The translations under genes and the position numbers were made by a program. Shown one piece after another: positions 62,963 through 64,000 of a stretch of DNA of 64,000 nucleotides. The stretch is from Opitutales bacterium (lineage in GTDB: Bacteria; Verrucomicrobiota; Verrucomicrobiia; Opitutales; UBA2987). The stretch lies in NCBI GenBank assembly GCA_965226885.1, contig CBDDEL010000017.1, positions 224,001 to 288,000 on the forward strand, read 5' to 3'. Each line of letters begins with the position of its first letter. The stretch's first letter is position 1. The notes beneath the pieces were generated by a model. It was not told the origin of the DNA, made no database searches, and saw only the letters and a list, made by a program, of their open reading frames with translations.

Positions 62963-63166
62963 GCTTCGATTCTCCATTTAGGAGAATCTCGTGTCCACTT
63001 TTTCCAGTGCACATCACTAAGCCGATTGACAGTCCGCAATAAAGGTAGGAGGTATTTACAAGAATCTAATTTTTTATGAAAAACAAAGGAACTTGAAAAT
63101 ATTCAATCTCAAGGCGATCCAGCATAGAGATTCGATAGTTCCTTGACACACTGGAGAAAAACCTTG

Positions 63167-64000
63167 ATGGCGAAAAAAACAGGAAATGCAATTTTTTTTA
63201 TGGGCGTGGGGAAACCGCTCGAAGACCGGGAATATCCGCTTCCGGACGAACTGGAACCGGGCGCCATCCTGGTAAAAACGAACATTGCCACGGTTTGCGG
63301 CTCCGATATGCACAGCTGGCAAGGGCGGCGGCCCTTCCCCACCCCTTCAGTCCTGGGGCATGAAGGGGTGGGGACGGTCATGCAGATGGGAAACGGCGAG
63401 GAAAGAGACTCTGCCGGGAGTCCTCTTAAAGAAGGCGATCGCATTACCTGGACGATTATGGCGGTCTGCGGGGAATGTGTTTTCTGCCGAGAATACGGGC
63501 TGCCGCAAAAATGCCTGCATCTCTTCAAATACGGGCATTCCGTCAGTGATGTTCCGCCCTATTTCCTGGGAACCTTCGGTCAATACGTCTACCTGAAACC
63601 GGGAACCGGAGTCTTTAAACTACCCAATGATTTACCGGATGAAACGGCTTCGCCCCTGATGTGCGCGGCGGCCACAGTGGCTGGCGGCCTCGATAGGATC
63701 GGCCTGAATCCGGGGGACAGTGTGGTGATTCAGGGTGCTGGCATGTTGGGTTTGTATGCGGCTGCCTTTGCCACCGCCCTGGGAGCGCGGCAGGTTATCA
63801 TGATCGATATCATGGACAAACGACTGGAGGAGACCAAGCGCTTTGGGGCGAATCATATTCTCAATGCAGAAAAGATGCCGCAGGAAGAACTGATTGAAGC
63901 CGTTAAGGAACTGACGGGTGGATTGGGCGCGGATTTAGCGATAGAGGTCACCGGGTTTGCCCCGGTGGTGGAAACAGGGGTCAAAATGTTGCGCATCGGC
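63167..64000 (+). CDS. zinc-dependent alcohol dehydrogenase (MDR), runs off window end
   Basis: Manual translation: MAKKTGNAIFF...VCGSDMH...LGHEG...CGECVFC..GLPQKC...QGAGMLG. Not in the ORF track. Confidence 0.9.
   Translation, partial: MAKKTGNAIFFMGVGKPLEDREYPLPDELEPGAILVKTNIATVCGSDMHSWQGRRPFPTPSVLGHEGVGTVMQMGNGEERDSAGSPLKEGDRITWTIMAVCGECVFCREYGLPQKCLHLFKYGHSVSDVPPYFLGTFGQYVYLKPGTGVFKLPNDLPDETASPLMCAAATVAGGLDRIGLNPGDSVVIQGAGMLGLYAAAFATALGARQVIMIDIMDKRLEETKRFGANHILNAEKMPQEELIEAVKELTGGLGADLAIEVTGFAPVVETGVKMLRIG

Larger units (their letters stand above)
61689..63016 (-). mobile_element. IS3-family element A, copy 3 (intact)
   Basis: 1328 bp, matches copy 1, 4-bp TSD CTAA. Confidence 0.95.

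Overview
A 64-kb bacterial chromosomal segment, most likely from a Verrucomicrobiota (Opitutales-like) organism; the taxon is inferred from gene neighbourhoods and protein style, not proven. It is undergoing heavy IS expansion and gene decay. A housekeeping block spans about 11-30 kb (glmM, trpD, uppP, rpmF-plsX-fabH, bamD-like/lptE-like/rpe, ymdB, ilvB, fetAB-like) and is flanked by accessory DNA. There are at least 11 IS copies or remnants: IS21, 2x IS5-like, 3x IS1380, IS1, 3x of one IS3 element and a second IS3 element. Many genes are broken by IS insertion, nonsense codons or short de-novo tandem duplications. One tRNA-Arg(ACG) is present. The most interesting intact unit is an operon at 42.2-47.8 kb: RpiR regulator, OPA-type MFS transporter, two citrate-synthase/citryl-CoA-lyase-fold proteins with non-canonical active-site motifs, and a SauS-like CoA-acylating aldehyde dehydrogenase. 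It sits next to a glycerophosphodiester/organophosphorus utilisation region and is a candidate undescribed catabolic pathway. Other notable items: an unannotated Ile/Leu/Val-rich leader peptide upstream of ilvB, a promoter-to-terminator structured ncRNA candidate at about 5.3-5.5 kb, two paralogous tandem-AP2-domain genes each with an IS1380 upstream, a 75-bp end-less internal IS1 fragment captured inside a gene, and an EEP domain inserted inside an Ig-like module. No CRISPR array or rRNA was seen.
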